From positions 2,080,001 to 2,144,000 of the forward strand of contig CAVTTL010000001.1 in assembly GCA_963737635.1 (NCBI GenBank): DNA of 64,000 nt, given 5' to 3'. Below are positions 1 through 10,646 of this stretch, piece after piece. The notes under the pieces are model-generated. The model searched no databases, was not told the origin of the DNA, and saw nothing but the letters and a program-made list of their open reading frames with translations. The stretch comes from an uncultured Methanoregulaceae archaeon (GTDB lineage: Archaea > Halobacteriota > Methanomicrobia > Methanomicrobiales > Methanospirillaceae). Position numbers and translations under genes: made by a program. Every line of letters starts with the position of its first letter. Position 1 is the stretch's first letter.

Positions 1-1
1 A

Positions 2-1396
2 CGGTTAAAGGCGGAAGATGCACTCAACCGTTTGGCGGAGGAAAAGGAAACAACGGACAAAAGACTGCTGACCCTTACTGATGAGAGAACAGCAGACAGA
101 TCCATGGTTGAGCAGTCCGTGACACGTGAGCGTGAGCTCCTCGCAAAGATCCAAGGCCTGTCCGAAACTCTCGATGCCGAGCGTGATGCTCGGGCAAAGA
201 CAGAAGATGATCTTTCACGGATAGCCAAGGAAAAAGAGGCGACCGCACAAAAACTGCTGGCATTTTCTGATGAGAGGGAATCCGAGAAGGCTGCCGGGGA
301 GCAATTTGCAGCCCGGGAAAGCGAACTCCTTGTAAAGATCCAGATCCTCACTGATACTCTTGAGACTGAACATGATGCACGGTTAAAGGCAGAAGACGAT
401 CTTTCAGAAACGGCTAGGGAAAAGGAGGTAGCAGAAAAGAGACTCCGTGCCGCTACCGAAGACAAGGTTGCGGATAAGGGGCATCTCGATGAGCGTTTCG
501 CTGTGCTCGAAGCCGATCTCAGGACTGCCCTTGACCGGCAGCGATCACTGGAAGAACAGCTCCGCGCCGCCGAGCGGGAACAAGCCGAGAAAGAAGCGGC
601 AGTGCAGGCTCTCGCCCGGGAGATCGAGCAGGCCACAGCGGCACTCGAAGCAGAAAAAGAGGAGCGTCGTGCAGCGGAAGAGGCATATGCCGAAGCAAAA
701 GACGCCCTTATCGCACTCAGAAAAAAGCCACAGATCCCATCGACCGCGATAGAAGAGATCCCCATAGGTGATCATGCGATCGTCGCCAAACAGCCGGATC
801 TTCCTGCCATGATCCTGGAAGGGCCGCACGCTCTCGTTCGAAAAGAGATTGACCGCCCGGTACCGGTTCAACCGGCACCGGCAGACCCGAAGATTGGAGG
901 TAGTGGAGCGGAAACTGAAAGTCTTCATGCCACGATCCAGAGCGTCGAAGACCTCTTTGAAGAGCCACGAGAGATCGGGATCGATGAGCTACCGGACGCG
1001 ATCCACGTCATAAAATCACCGGTGGGCGGTAACTGCGTGCCGGGAGTCGATCTCTCAGAACATATCGATGACTGGCCACAGGAGATGCCTGATATCGCTG
1101 ACGATGACGAAACAGGCGATGAAGATACTGAGGCGGCTAAAAGTGAGTGTAGTTTTGACGAGGTTACTGAAGACAAAGTGCATGAATCCGGTATCCCGAC
1201 ATTCAGCCGCCAGCAATGGTTCGATCTCGTGAAATGGGCACACAATTCCGGCACACTCGCCCATGAAGAATGCATCAGGATCGTCAAGCTTGGCCGGCTG
1301 ATCCAGAAAGGCCGGCAGCTGACCCGGCGACAGGAAGCACAGCTCGCAGAGCTCATGACACTTGCCCATGCGAAGGGATACCGGCCGCGGGAATAA
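2..1396 (+). CDS. Coiled-coil repeat protein, 5'-truncated by window edge
   Basis: Frame is open from base 2 (RLKAEDALNRLAEEKE). About 62-aa E/K/R/A-rich repeats (RERELLAKIQ...AEDDLS...KEKE), an acidic linker and a small C-terminal domain. Confidence 0.75.
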   Translation, partial: RLKAEDALNRLAEEKETTDKRLLTLTDERTADRSMVEQSVTRERELLAKIQGLSETLDAERDARAKTEDDLSRIAKEKEATAQKLLAFSDERESEKAAGEQFAARESELLVKIQILTDTLETEHDARLKAEDDLSETAREKEVAEKRLRAATEDKVADKGHLDERFAVLEADLRTALDRQRSLEEQLRAAEREQAEKEAAVQALAREIEQATAALEAEKEERRAAEEAYAEAKDALIALRKKPQIPSTAIEEIPIGDHAIVAKQPDLPAMILEGPHALVRKEIDRPVPVQPAPADPKIGGSGAETESLHATIQSVEDLFEEPREIGIDELPDAIHVIKSPVGGNCVPGVDLSEHIDDWPQEMPDIADDDETGDEDTEAAKSECSFDEVTEDKVHESGIPTFSRQQWFDLVKWAHNSGTLAHEECIRIVKLGRLIQKGRQLTRRQEAQLAELMTLAHAKGYRPRE

Positions 1397-1526
1397 GTGG
1401 CTCGATTGCAGAATGTACATTCCCAATCGTGGCAAAACGACCCTATTTTTTATTGTCTATGTTCATTGAAGATGCCATCTTTGCCGGAAGTGGCAGTTCC
1501 CGGCGTTTGACTCCTTAAATAACCTA

Positions 1527-2276
1527 TTAGAGGCGCTCGGGACTCTGCGCAGGAGAAGACACTGCTATCATTCCAGCCTGCACAGAGTCCTGCCGGACCG
1601 TGATGGCCGACGAGTACATCATAATGCCAAGACAGGTAGCAATACCGGTAATACTGACCGGGAGAAAAAGGAAGTGTGTCACTATTTCTGTGCTTTCGAG
1701 CCAGAGGATGATGATAAGCACAGAGCAGTGTTGTACATGGTACCAGGTGATGCGCGGATCGGCACGATCACAGGGACGAATGGAACCGGCGATCTTTTGC
1801 ATGCTGAACGGGAAGAAAGGGAATATTCCCTTTCTCGTACAGAGATCTTCTGCCAAGTGGAGTCCGAGACCGAGAAGGATCCCGCCGAGAAATACCGTCA
1901 CAAATCCGGCACATGGACTATTCACAAGATCAACGGGAACGTAAAGGAGAATACCGGCAAACGTTACGATAAAGAGAACGCCGGGGATAGAGTGTGTAAG
2001 GCGTTTATCAGAAGGATCCACAATCGGGTATCCAAAGCGCGCATAAATCCGGCACATAAACGGGGCACAAAGACGCCGGGGAACCTGGACGACAATCCAT
2101 GCCAGAGTGCGAAAAGACAAATGCCGTGGCCGGGACATATGGATGTCGGGCAGGACTGCACCTAAACACGTACCGGTACATACGATTACTCCGAGGAGCG
2201 GATCAGAGAAAATGAAGGAACTGCAGGCGATGAGGGCGCATATTAAGGCAAGTGCAATATGATGCCGGGTGATCAT
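1527..2276 (-). CDS. Membrane-bound metal-dependent hydrolase (YdjM-like)
   Basis: Motifs H-H, GAVLPDI, R-x-TH-S, HLAEDLCT-x-G, with hydrophobic helices. Confidence 0.8.
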   Translation of the reverse strand: MITRHHIALALICALIACSSFIFSDPLLGVIVCTGTCLGAVLPDIHMSRPRHLSFRTLAWIVVQVPRRLCAPFMCRIYARFGYPIVDPSDKRLTHSIPGVLFIVTFAGILLYVPVDLVNSPCAGFVTVFLGGILLGLGLHLAEDLCTRKGIFPFFPFSMQKIAGSIRPCDRADPRITWYHVQHCSVLIIILWLESTEIVTHFLFLPVSITGIATCLGIMMYSSAITVRQDSVQAGMIAVSSPAQSPERL

Positions 2277-2603
2277 GGGATTCTCATCGTTTCCAAAGAT
2301 TCTTCAGACCGCTGAAAGGCCTTCTTCTTAATGAGGATGGGGGGGCCGGCAGAATCGTATAAAGGTGTTTACGCATTCTCATTAATAAAGACTCAAGTAA
2401 ACAAAAAACATTAATGCCGAATCGGGATGCTGATGGTTTTCCAAAATGACGACCGAAAAAGACTTCCTTTTCCGTTCCTGTACAAGACATGTAACCTCAA
2501 GTTAGTCTCAGCGATAACCGTGAAATATTAACAAATTTCCGCAATATATCAAAAATATTAACTATTATCACAAAAGAGAATAGGTAAAAACTATTTCCAT
2601 CTG

Positions 2604-3560
2604 GTGAATTTCATGAAAGGAACAATTACCCCACTAAGACTGGCACTGATCGGTATGATCTGCTGCCTTCTTTTCGTATCAGTACTGTTCGCTGGTTGCA
2701 CGCAAAGCACGACTGCGCCACCTACAGCAACCGCTGCACCGACGTCTCAGGCAACCGCTGTATCAACACCGGTAGCACCAGCAACGACGGCCGTTCTGAC
2801 AACCGTCGCGACGACCGCAACACCTGTACCGAATTATACCCCATCGTCGAGCAACCTCGTCGTCTACACTGCTGCTTCGCTGACCGGAGCATCAAAAACC
2901 ATCGGACCCTCCTTCACCAAGGCCTACCCGGGCACCTCAGTGACATTCGACCTCGATGGTACCCAGGCACTTAAGACTCAGGTAGAGAATGGGGCATATG
3001 CGGATGTATTCATCTCGGCAAGTAATGCGTATACAAATACCCTCACAAATGAAGGATACTTTGTCCCCAATTCGGTGCAGAAGCTGACCACAAACTACGT
3101 GATCGTTATCTTACCTGCCGCCAATACGGCAAACATCAAGTCCCTCGCGGATCTTGCAAAGCCTGGCGTGAAGATTGCAATGGCGGCAAACACTGTCCCG
3201 GTCGGTACCGCAACAATAGCGGTCTTAAACAACCTGGCCAACTCCACCTACAGCCAGGCTTGGGAGAACCAGACGATGAGTAACGTGGTGACCTACGAGA
3301 CATCTGAACCTGCCGTCGCGACCAAGGTCGCCCTTGGCGAAGTTGACGCAGGATTCGTTTACCAGTCCACAGCAACAGCGGCGGCGAGCGGAACGTACCA
3401 GTCACTCACTATACCCAAGAGTAATAACTATCTCCAGACCTATACGATCGGAATCCTCAATGAAAGCAAGAACAAGGCGGCGGCAGCCGAATTCGAGCAG
3501 TACATGCTCTCATCCGCCGGGCAACAGATCCTGACACAGTACGGGTTCACCGCTCCGTAA
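2604..3560 (+). CDS. modA: Molybdate ABC transporter substrate-binding lipoprotein
   Basis: Lipobox FAGC, Thr-rich linker, YTAASL, ADVFISA, VPVG, DAGFVY; upstream of modB. Confidence 0.92.
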   Translation: MNFMKGTITPLRLALIGMICCLLFVSVLFAGCTQSTTAPPTATAAPTSQATAVSTPVAPATTAVLTTVATTATPVPNYTPSSSNLVVYTAASLTGASKTIGPSFTKAYPGTSVTFDLDGTQALKTQVENGAYADVFISASNAYTNTLTNEGYFVPNSVQKLTTNYVIVILPAANTANIKSLADLAKPGVKIAMAANTVPVGTATIAVLNNLANSTYSQAWENQTMSNVVTYETSEPAVATKVALGEVDAGFVYQSTATAAASGTYQSLTIPKSNNYLQTYTIGILNESKNKAAAAEFEQYMLSSAGQQILTQYGFTAP

Positions 3561-3625
3561 ATAAAAAAAATCTCCTTTTTTTAGAGGATACGCCGGCGCC
3601 CTGCCGGTAACGAATTTGGAACACC

Positions 3626-4447
3626 ATGATCCCACACGTCCTCCGGCCAAAAAACTACCGGCAGAAACTGACGTACCTTGTTGCGGGGATCCTGATCGCC
3701 ACTGTCACGCTCTACCTTGCCCTGCCTATTCTCGCCCTTTTTCTCCGGGTAACACCGGATATGTTCTTTACTTCGCTCAAAGACCCTGATGTCATAAGCG
3801 CACTCTGGATAAGCATTTTTACAACGGTCATGACCCTTGTTGTGGTCATCGTTGTCGGAACACCCTTTGCCTACTTCCATTCCAAGTACTCGTACCCGGG
3901 TAAAGTAATCGTGGATACCTTAATCGATCTTCCCCTCGTTCTCCCACCGGCCGTAGCAGGGGTCGCTCTTCTCGTGCTGTACGGCCGGGTCGGCCTTCTT
4001 GGCCGGTACTTCAATATGTTCGGGATCCAGCTTGCATTTACCACTCTTGCCGTGATCATGGCGCAGGTTTTCGTCTCTTCACCGTTCTATATCCGGCAGG
4101 CAAAATCGCTCTTCGATCAGCTGGACCCGGCATACGAGCAGACCGCACGGACGCTCGGGGCCTCATCGTTCCGGATCCTGACACTTGTCACCCTCCCTAT
4201 GACTGCGGGCGGCCTCGTCTCGGGGGCGGTCATGACATTTGGGCGGGCGCTTGGGGAATTTGGTGCGACGATCATGTTTGCCGGTAACCTTCCCGGGGTG
4301 ACCCAGACAATGCCTCTTGCAGTCTACGTAGGTATGGAAGGAGATATCAATGTCGGGCTTACCATCTCGATCTTGCTGGTGATTATCTCCTTTACTATGA
4401 TGATTATTATAAAGTACATCCAGAAACGGGAGACATACCATGCTTGA
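3626..4447 (+). CDS. modB: Molybdate ABC transporter permease
   Basis: DLPLVLPPAVAG, EAA-like loop YEQTARTLGAS, RALGEFGAT. Confidence 0.93.
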   Translation: MIPHVLRPKNYRQKLTYLVAGILIATVTLYLALPILALFLRVTPDMFFTSLKDPDVISALWISIFTTVMTLVVVIVVGTPFAYFHSKYSYPGKVIVDTLIDLPLVLPPAVAGVALLVLYGRVGLLGRYFNMFGIQLAFTTLAVIMAQVFVSSPFYIRQAKSLFDQLDPAYEQTARTLGASSFRILTLVTLPMTAGGLVSGAVMTFGRALGEFGATIMFAGNLPGVTQTMPLAVYVGMEGDINVGLTISILLVIISFTMMIIIKYIQKRETYHA

Positions 4448-5142
4448 AGCAGTTGTGGTAAAACGCCTCCGGGATTATACCCTTGACCTGGCGATTAGCG
4501 TAAAATCCGGCGAGATAGCCGTCCTGATGGGCGTGAATGGTTCAGGAAAGTCGACAACCCTCAACATTATCGCCGGCCTGCTGCAGCCGGACAACGCTTC
4601 GATCACCTTGAACGGGAATTACCTGTACCAGTACCAGGGAAGGCATTGACATTCCCGCGGAAGACCGCCGGATCGGATACGTCCTCCAGAACTCAGCGGT
4701 ATTCCCTCACATGAGCGTGCGCGACAATGTGGCATTCGGCCTTCGTGCCCAGCACCGCCCCCGCCAGTTCATTTCAGAGCAGGTCACTTACTGGATGGAT
4801 CATATGCATATCACGGATCTTGCCGGAGTAAAGGCAGGAAGCCTGTCGGGAGGGCAGAAACAGCGGGTCGCGCTCGCCCGGGCCCTTGCGGTCGAACCGG
4901 ACCTGTTAATGCTGGACGAACCATTCACCGGGCTCGACGCCGAAAGTATGGCGATCGTCAAGGATCTCATAGCGAAATTTGTCAAAAAACTGGAGATCCC
5001 GTGCATCTTAGTGACCCATCGGGTCGCGGACAGCGAGGAGATCGGCGATCGGACCTGCGTGCTCTGCAATGGGAAAAAAGAATGGGAGGGCATCCCGGGA
5101 GAAATGCCGGAGATCTGTACGGTCTGTCATTGCACAGGATAA
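4440..5142 (+). CDS. modC: Molybdate ABC transporter ATPase (one frameshift near 4629)
   Basis: Walker A GVNGSGKS in 4440-4649; LSGGQKQRVALARAL and LMLDEPF in the next frame. Removing one base near 4629 joins them (YLYSTREGIDIPAEDRRIGYV). Confidence 0.85.
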
Positions 5143-5213
5143 GACGACAGTACCAGCCCCGGGACCATGATGCGTCCTCTTCTGCCGGCCACCCTTTACC
5201 GGTACAGTCCACT

Positions 5214-5852
5214 CTAATCGATCAGCAGGATCGCCATCGGCTCCGGGTGTCCGGTGATCGGGAACCGGATTGGCATTCCCGCTTTCTCTGTGGTATGCTT
5301 CATGTTGATGCCGACAGCATGCTCCGGGATCCTCGCTTGGGTTGGATGGAGACAGATCCCGGATTTCACGTTGCAGGTCTCGCAGAGCCTGCAGGACCCA
5401 TTGACAAAGGCGAGGGCAAATGTGTAACCAGCATTAAACGCCGTTTTCTCCAGCTCAAGCATCACCGGAGCGAAATTTTTACTCCCCTCGAAATAATCCT
5501 TCCAGAACTGTGTCGCTTCCTCTTTCTTCTGCGCCGGGGCCTCCGGGTCAAGCCAGTACTTATAGACGGAGCACAGGACATCCTCATCGGCTGTCGCCGG
5601 AGACGTGAATTTTACGAGAAGCGCAGAGCGGTACTCAGAAAGGATCTTCCGGAACTCATCGGGTGTCGGGACGTAAGGGGGACAGGTCAGTTTCTTCCCG
5701 TACCCGATACATCCGGCCCTGCACTTGAGTGGGACACGATTTTCCACGACTATCCCGGAGGCCGGTATAACCTTTGCCTCTGTAGCACCCAGATCCTTTG
5801 CCTTCTTCCGGAGAAATGCAAACTCCTCGCTTCCCTTATGTTCAATAACCAT
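5214..5852 (-). CDS. DUF2284-like Cys-rich metal-binding protein
   Basis: KCRAGC..YG..LTCPP, LELEK, GSCRLCETC, C-x-HP..AR..PE.VGI pattern. Confidence 0.8.
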   Translation of the reverse strand: MVIEHKGSEEFAFLRKKAKDLGATEAKVIPASGIVVENRVPLKCRAGCIGYGKKLTCPPYVPTPDEFRKILSEYRSALLVKFTSPATADEDVLCSVYKYWLDPEAPAQKKEEATQFWKDYFEGSKNFAPVMLELEKTAFNAGYTFALAFVNGSCRLCETCNVKSGICLHPTQARIPEHAVGINMKHTTEKAGMPIRFPITGHPEPMAILLID

Positions 5853-6110
5853 AGATCATCACTCTTTTTCCCCTATTTCCGTTAACTGATTTTTACGCAA
5901 GTATACTGATTTCTTTGATCATAAGAGCATATACGGTATGCAAGGCGACCGGGCCTTCTATCGGGTCACATGAATTCACATTCACATTCATCCGGAATTT
6001 TTGCTGAGCGAAGAACAAGGGCATATTTATACGAAGCAGCAAAACAGCTACACGCAAATCTGCCGGTACCTAAATCCGGACTGGATCGACATGCATGAGG
6101 TAATCATTCC

Positions 6111-8544
6111 ATGACTACCGACTCTCTCGGGGCACTCATTAAAAAACAGATAAAACCTGCGGTTCTGATCTTTTTTCTGCTCACTATTGTCGTGGGCGTT
6201 CTTTATCCGCTTGTGGTCACCGGCATTGCACAAGTAGCGTTCCCGGTCCAAGCAAACGGGGACCTCGTCACGCATAATGGCCAGGTGGTCGGATCGTCGC
6301 AGATCGGCCAGCCGTTCTCATCTCCGCAGTATTTCTGGGGACGTCTCTCTGCCACATCACCCGTCCCCTATAATGCCGATTCTTCTACAGGATCGAATCT
6401 CGGCCCCAATAACCCGGCGCTCGTGCAGGAGGTCCAGACCCGGGTCGATGCCCTCCATGCGATCGATCCCAATAATACCAATGAGATTCCTGTTGACCTC
6501 GTCACGTCTTCGGGAAGCGGCCTTGACCCGGACATATCAGTTGCAGCCGCATATTACCAGGTACCCCGTGTCGCCCGTGAACGCAACCTTTCTGAGGCTG
6601 ATGTCACTGCCCTTGTCGCTTCGCAGACCGAACCACGCCAGTTCGGGATATTCGGTGAACCCCGGGTAAACGTTCTCTCCCTGAACCTCGCACTCGATGA
6701 TCTCAGTGCGCATAAGATTTCCGGGCAGCAGCTCGCCGGTTCGAACCCCGTCACCGAGCCCCGTGGCGCAGATCTTGTCTTCGGTATGCTTATCCAAGAC
6801 TGGATCCAGCTGATCCTCTTCATTGGTATCGTTGCACTCATTACCGTGCCCCTTGGGGCATGGATGGCAAAGATTTTCACTGGAAAACCGAACTGTCTCT
6901 CACCGGTCATCGACTGGGTCGAACGGAACGTCCTTACTCTGTGCGGGGTTACTGCTGGAGAGGAGATGGACTGGAAGCAGTTCGCCGTTGCGGTTATGGT
7001 CTTTGCTATTCCCTGCATTGGCGTGGTCTTTGTTATGCAGCTGGTACAGCAGTTCCTTCCCCTCAACCCGGCGGGACTTGGTGCTGTGCCGTGGGATCTT
7101 TCGCTTAACACCGCGATCAGTTTTGCGACCAACACTAACTGGCAGGCATATGTCCCTGAACTGACCATGAGTTACTTTACCCAGATGATCGGCCTTGTTG
7201 TCCAGAACTTCCTCTCGGCTGCTGTCGGGCTTGCAGTCCTTATCGCCCTCATCTATGCTTTTATGCGAAAGTCGCAATCTACCATCGGCAACTTCTGGGT
7301 GCTGCTGGTACGAAGCGTCATGATCCTGCTCCCCCTCGCTTTTATCATCTCCCTTGTGCTTGTTTCGCAGGGAACGCCCCAGACGTTTTCCGGTCCCGTG
7401 ACAGTCCCGCTCCTTAACCCGGTAAACGACACCACCGGAGCATTGGTCACCACCCAAACCATCCCTCTTGGGCCGGTTGCCTCTCAGATCAGCTATCAAG
7501 ATGCTCGGGACAAATGGCGGCGGGCACTATAATGCCAATTCTGCGCATCCACTTGAAAATCCAACGCCATTTTCGAACTTTGTCGAAATGCTCTCAATGA
7601 TCATCATCCCCGCCGCCCTCTGCATTACCTTTGGGATAATGATCGGATCGAAGCGAAAAGGAGTGGCACTCCTGATTGCCATGTCAATTATCTTCCTGGT
7701 GCTGACCGGTCTTGCTATCTGGTCTGAACAGGGGGGGAACCCGGTGCTTACACCGCTCGGTGTCGATCAGACTCCTTCGCATCTTCAGCCCGGCGGAAAT
7801 ATGGAAGGAAAAGAGGTCAGGTTCGGGGTTGTCTCCTCCGCCCTCTTTTCAGTTATCACAACCAGTACCTCCTGTGGCGCAGTCAATTCTATGCATGATT
7901 CCTTCATGCCTGTTGCCGGCGGGATTGTGCTTTTTGATATGCATTTAGGCGAAGTGGTGTTCGGTGGTGTCGGCTCCGGCCTGTACGGCATGCTCATCTT
8001 TGTCATCATTGCGATGTTTATTGCCGGCCTGATGGTCGGGCGGACACCGGAACTCTATGGCAAGAAGATCGAGCAGTACGAGATGAAGATGGCAACAATA
8101 ATCATCCTTATTCCCATTGTCATGATCCTCGCATTTACATCGCTTGCTGTCCTTACAACCGCCGGCCAAGCCGGAGTCTTCAACCCGGGGCCGCATGGAT
8201 TTACCGAGATCCTGTACGCGTATACATCAGCTTCCCAGAATAACGGAAGCGCATTTGCCGGGCTCTCGGCAGATTCCCTGTTCTATAATATTACCACCGC
8301 GATTGCGATGTTCATCGGGCGCTATGCCATCATTATCCTGACCCTCGCACTCGCCGGATCACTGGTGACAAAAAAGATCGTTCCCCCGAGCGAAGGGACG
8401 CTCTCGGATCACCGGCCGCTGTTTATCCTCTGGCTGGTATTTGTCATCATCATTATAGGGGCACTCAGTTTCCTCCCGGCGCTCTCGCTTGGTCCCATCG
8501 CAGAATACATGGGCATGGTAGCAGGAGGGCTGATCCATGTCTGA
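6111..8544 (+). CDS. kdpA: K+-transporting ATPase KdpC-KdpA fusion (one frameshift near 7491)
   Basis: N-terminal KdpC motifs ([38 protein letters not shown]) run in frame into KdpA ([11 protein letters not shown]). After removing one base, [37 protein letters not shown] and NNGSAFAG follow. Confidence 0.88.
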
Positions 8545-10636
8545 AGTGAAAAAGGCCCGCAATTCGATGGCAATCCCGGGCCTCTACCAGCGTGCGGTTG
8601 TGGATGCATTCATTAAACTCGACCCGCGGACGCTCATCAATAACCCCGTTATGTTTACCGTGGAAGTCGGCAGTGCGCTCACCACGCTGTTGTACATGCA
8701 GGCTCTCATTGGCCCAGGGGAAGCGCCGGCCGGGTTTATTGGCGCGATCTCCGCATGGCTCTGGTTTACGGTCCTTTTTGCCAACTTTGCTGAAGCACTT
8801 GCCGAAGGCAGGGGCAAAGCACAAGCGGAATCCCTTCGGAAGATGAGGCAGGATACAACCGCAAAAAGGCTGAACAAAAAGTACCAGATAACGAAAGGTA
8901 GCGAGCCGAAAGATAACGATCTTGACCTGGTCTCCTCTTCGGTACTGCATAAGTCTGACCTGTTCTATGTAAAGGCCGGGGACACCATCCCGGTCGACGG
9001 CGAGATCCTCGAGGGTATCGCGTCGATCAACGAGAGTGCCATCACCGGTGAGAGCGCACCGGTTATTCGTGAAGCCGGTGGTGACCGGAGCGCAGTTACC
9101 GGGGGAACGGTCATCCTCTCTGACTGGCTAATTGTCAAAGTAAGCGCAAACCCCGGAGAAGGGTTCCTCGACCACATGATCAGCCTGATCGAAGGGGCAA
9201 AGCGCCAGAAGACGCCAAACGAGATCGCGCTCAACATCCTCCTGATTGGCCTGACTACCGTCTTTATCGTAGTGGCTGCTGCGCTCTATGCATTTTCCGC
9301 GTACAGCGTCCAGGCAGTCGGTGCCGGAACGACGATCTCTATTACGGTCCTTGTGGCACTCTTTGTCTGCCTTGCCCCGACCACCATCGGCGGGCTCCTT
9401 TCTGCCATTGGCATTGCGGGCATGGATCGTCTGATCCAGAGAAACGTAATCACGACATCAGGCAGGGCTATCGAAGCGGCCGGGGATGTGGATGTCCTTC
9501 TGCTCGACAAGACTGGCACCATCACGCTCGGGAACCGGCAGGCAGTCGAATTCCTTCCGGTGGACGGGACCCCCATCGAAGACCTTGCCGGGATCGCGCA
9601 GCTGGCGTCGCTTGCCGATGAAACCCCCGAGGGACGCAGCATTGTAGTCCTCGCAAAAGAGAAGTATGGTCTCCGGGGCAGGACGGTCGGTGGATCGGGC
9701 CCGGATGCCGGCATGCAGTTTATCCCGTTCTCAAGCCAGACCCGGATGAGCGGCGTCGATCATGGTGAACTTCACATACGCAAAGGCGCTGCCGATGTAT
9801 TGTTTAAGTATATCACGGCCAACGAAAATACCGTATCAGATCAACTGAGGGAAACGGTCGATACCATATCGCGGGCTGGCGGCACACCGCTGGTCGTTGC
9901 CCAGAACGGAAAGGCACTCGGTGTTATCCACTTAAAAGATATCGTTAAAGGCGGGATCAAGGAACGCTTTGTCCAACTCAGGAAGATGGGTATCAAGACG
10001 GTCATGATCACCGGGGACAACCGGCTTACCGCTGCGACCATCGCGGCTGAAGCAGGTGTTGATGATTTCCTTGCTGAGGCAACACCGGAAAGCAAATTGA
10101 AATTGATACGGGAATACCAAGCCGGCGGGCGCATGGTCGCGATGACCGGTGACGGGACAAACGATGCCCCTGCACTTGCCCAGGCAGATGTTGCGGTTGC
10201 CATGAATACCGGTACCCAGCCTGCCCGGGAAGCGGCAAACATGATTGATCTTGATTCCAACCCGACCAAACTGATCGAGATTGTGGAGATAGGAAAACAG
10301 CTCCTTATGACCCGGGGTGCACTTACCACATTCTCTATCGCAAACGACATCGCCAAGTACTTCGCTATTATCCCGGTCGCGTTTGCCTCTACGTACCCAT
10401 CACTTTCAGCGCTCAATATTCTCGGTCTCCACGATGGGATCCTTTCTGCGGTGATCTTCAACGCGATTATTATCGTCCTGCTTATACCGCTCGCCCTGAG
10501 AGGGGTAAAATATCGTGCGATGTCAGCGGAAGAGGCATTGCGGAACAATATTCTGATCTTTGGTGTCGGTGGGCTTATCGCCCCCTTTATCGGCATAAAG
10601 ATCATAGATATGTTGCTTGTTTTCCTAGGAGTGTGA
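8537..10636 (+). CDS. kdpB: K+-transporting P-type ATPase subunit B
   Basis: [33 protein letters not shown]. Confidence 0.97.
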   Translation: MSEVKKARNSMAIPGLYQRAVVDAFIKLDPRTLINNPVMFTVEVGSALTTLLYMQALIGPGEAPAGFIGAISAWLWFTVLFANFAEALAEGRGKAQAESLRKMRQDTTAKRLNKKYQITKGSEPKDNDLDLVSSSVLHKSDLFYVKAGDTIPVDGEILEGIASINESAITGESAPVIREAGGDRSAVTGGTVILSDWLIVKVSANPGEGFLDHMISLIEGAKRQKTPNEIALNILLIGLTTVFIVVAAALYAFSAYSVQAVGAGTTISITVLVALFVCLAPTTIGGLLSAIGIAGMDRLIQRNVITTSGRAIEAAGDVDVLLLDKTGTITLGNRQAVEFLPVDGTPIEDLAGIAQLASLADETPEGRSIVVLAKEKYGLRGRTVGGSGPDAGMQFIPFSSQTRMSGVDHGELHIRKGAADVLFKYITANENTVSDQLRETVDTISRAGGTPLVVAQNGKALGVIHLKDIVKGGIKERFVQLRKMGIKTVMITGDNRLTAATIAAEAGVDDFLAEATPESKLKLIREYQAGGRMVAMTGDGTNDAPALAQADVAVAMNTGTQPAREAANMIDLDSNPTKLIEIVEIGKQLLMTRGALTTFSIANDIAKYFAIIPVAFASTYPSLSALNILGLHDGILSAVIFNAIIIVLLIPLALRGVKYRAMSAEEALRNNILIFGVGGLIAPFIGIKIIDMLLVFLGV

Positions 10637-10646
10637 AACCACATCC

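Noticed and set aside
5001-5885. 294-aa plus-strand ORF
   Set aside because: Antisense shadow of the DUF2284-like gene and out-of-frame overlap with modC; no motifs.
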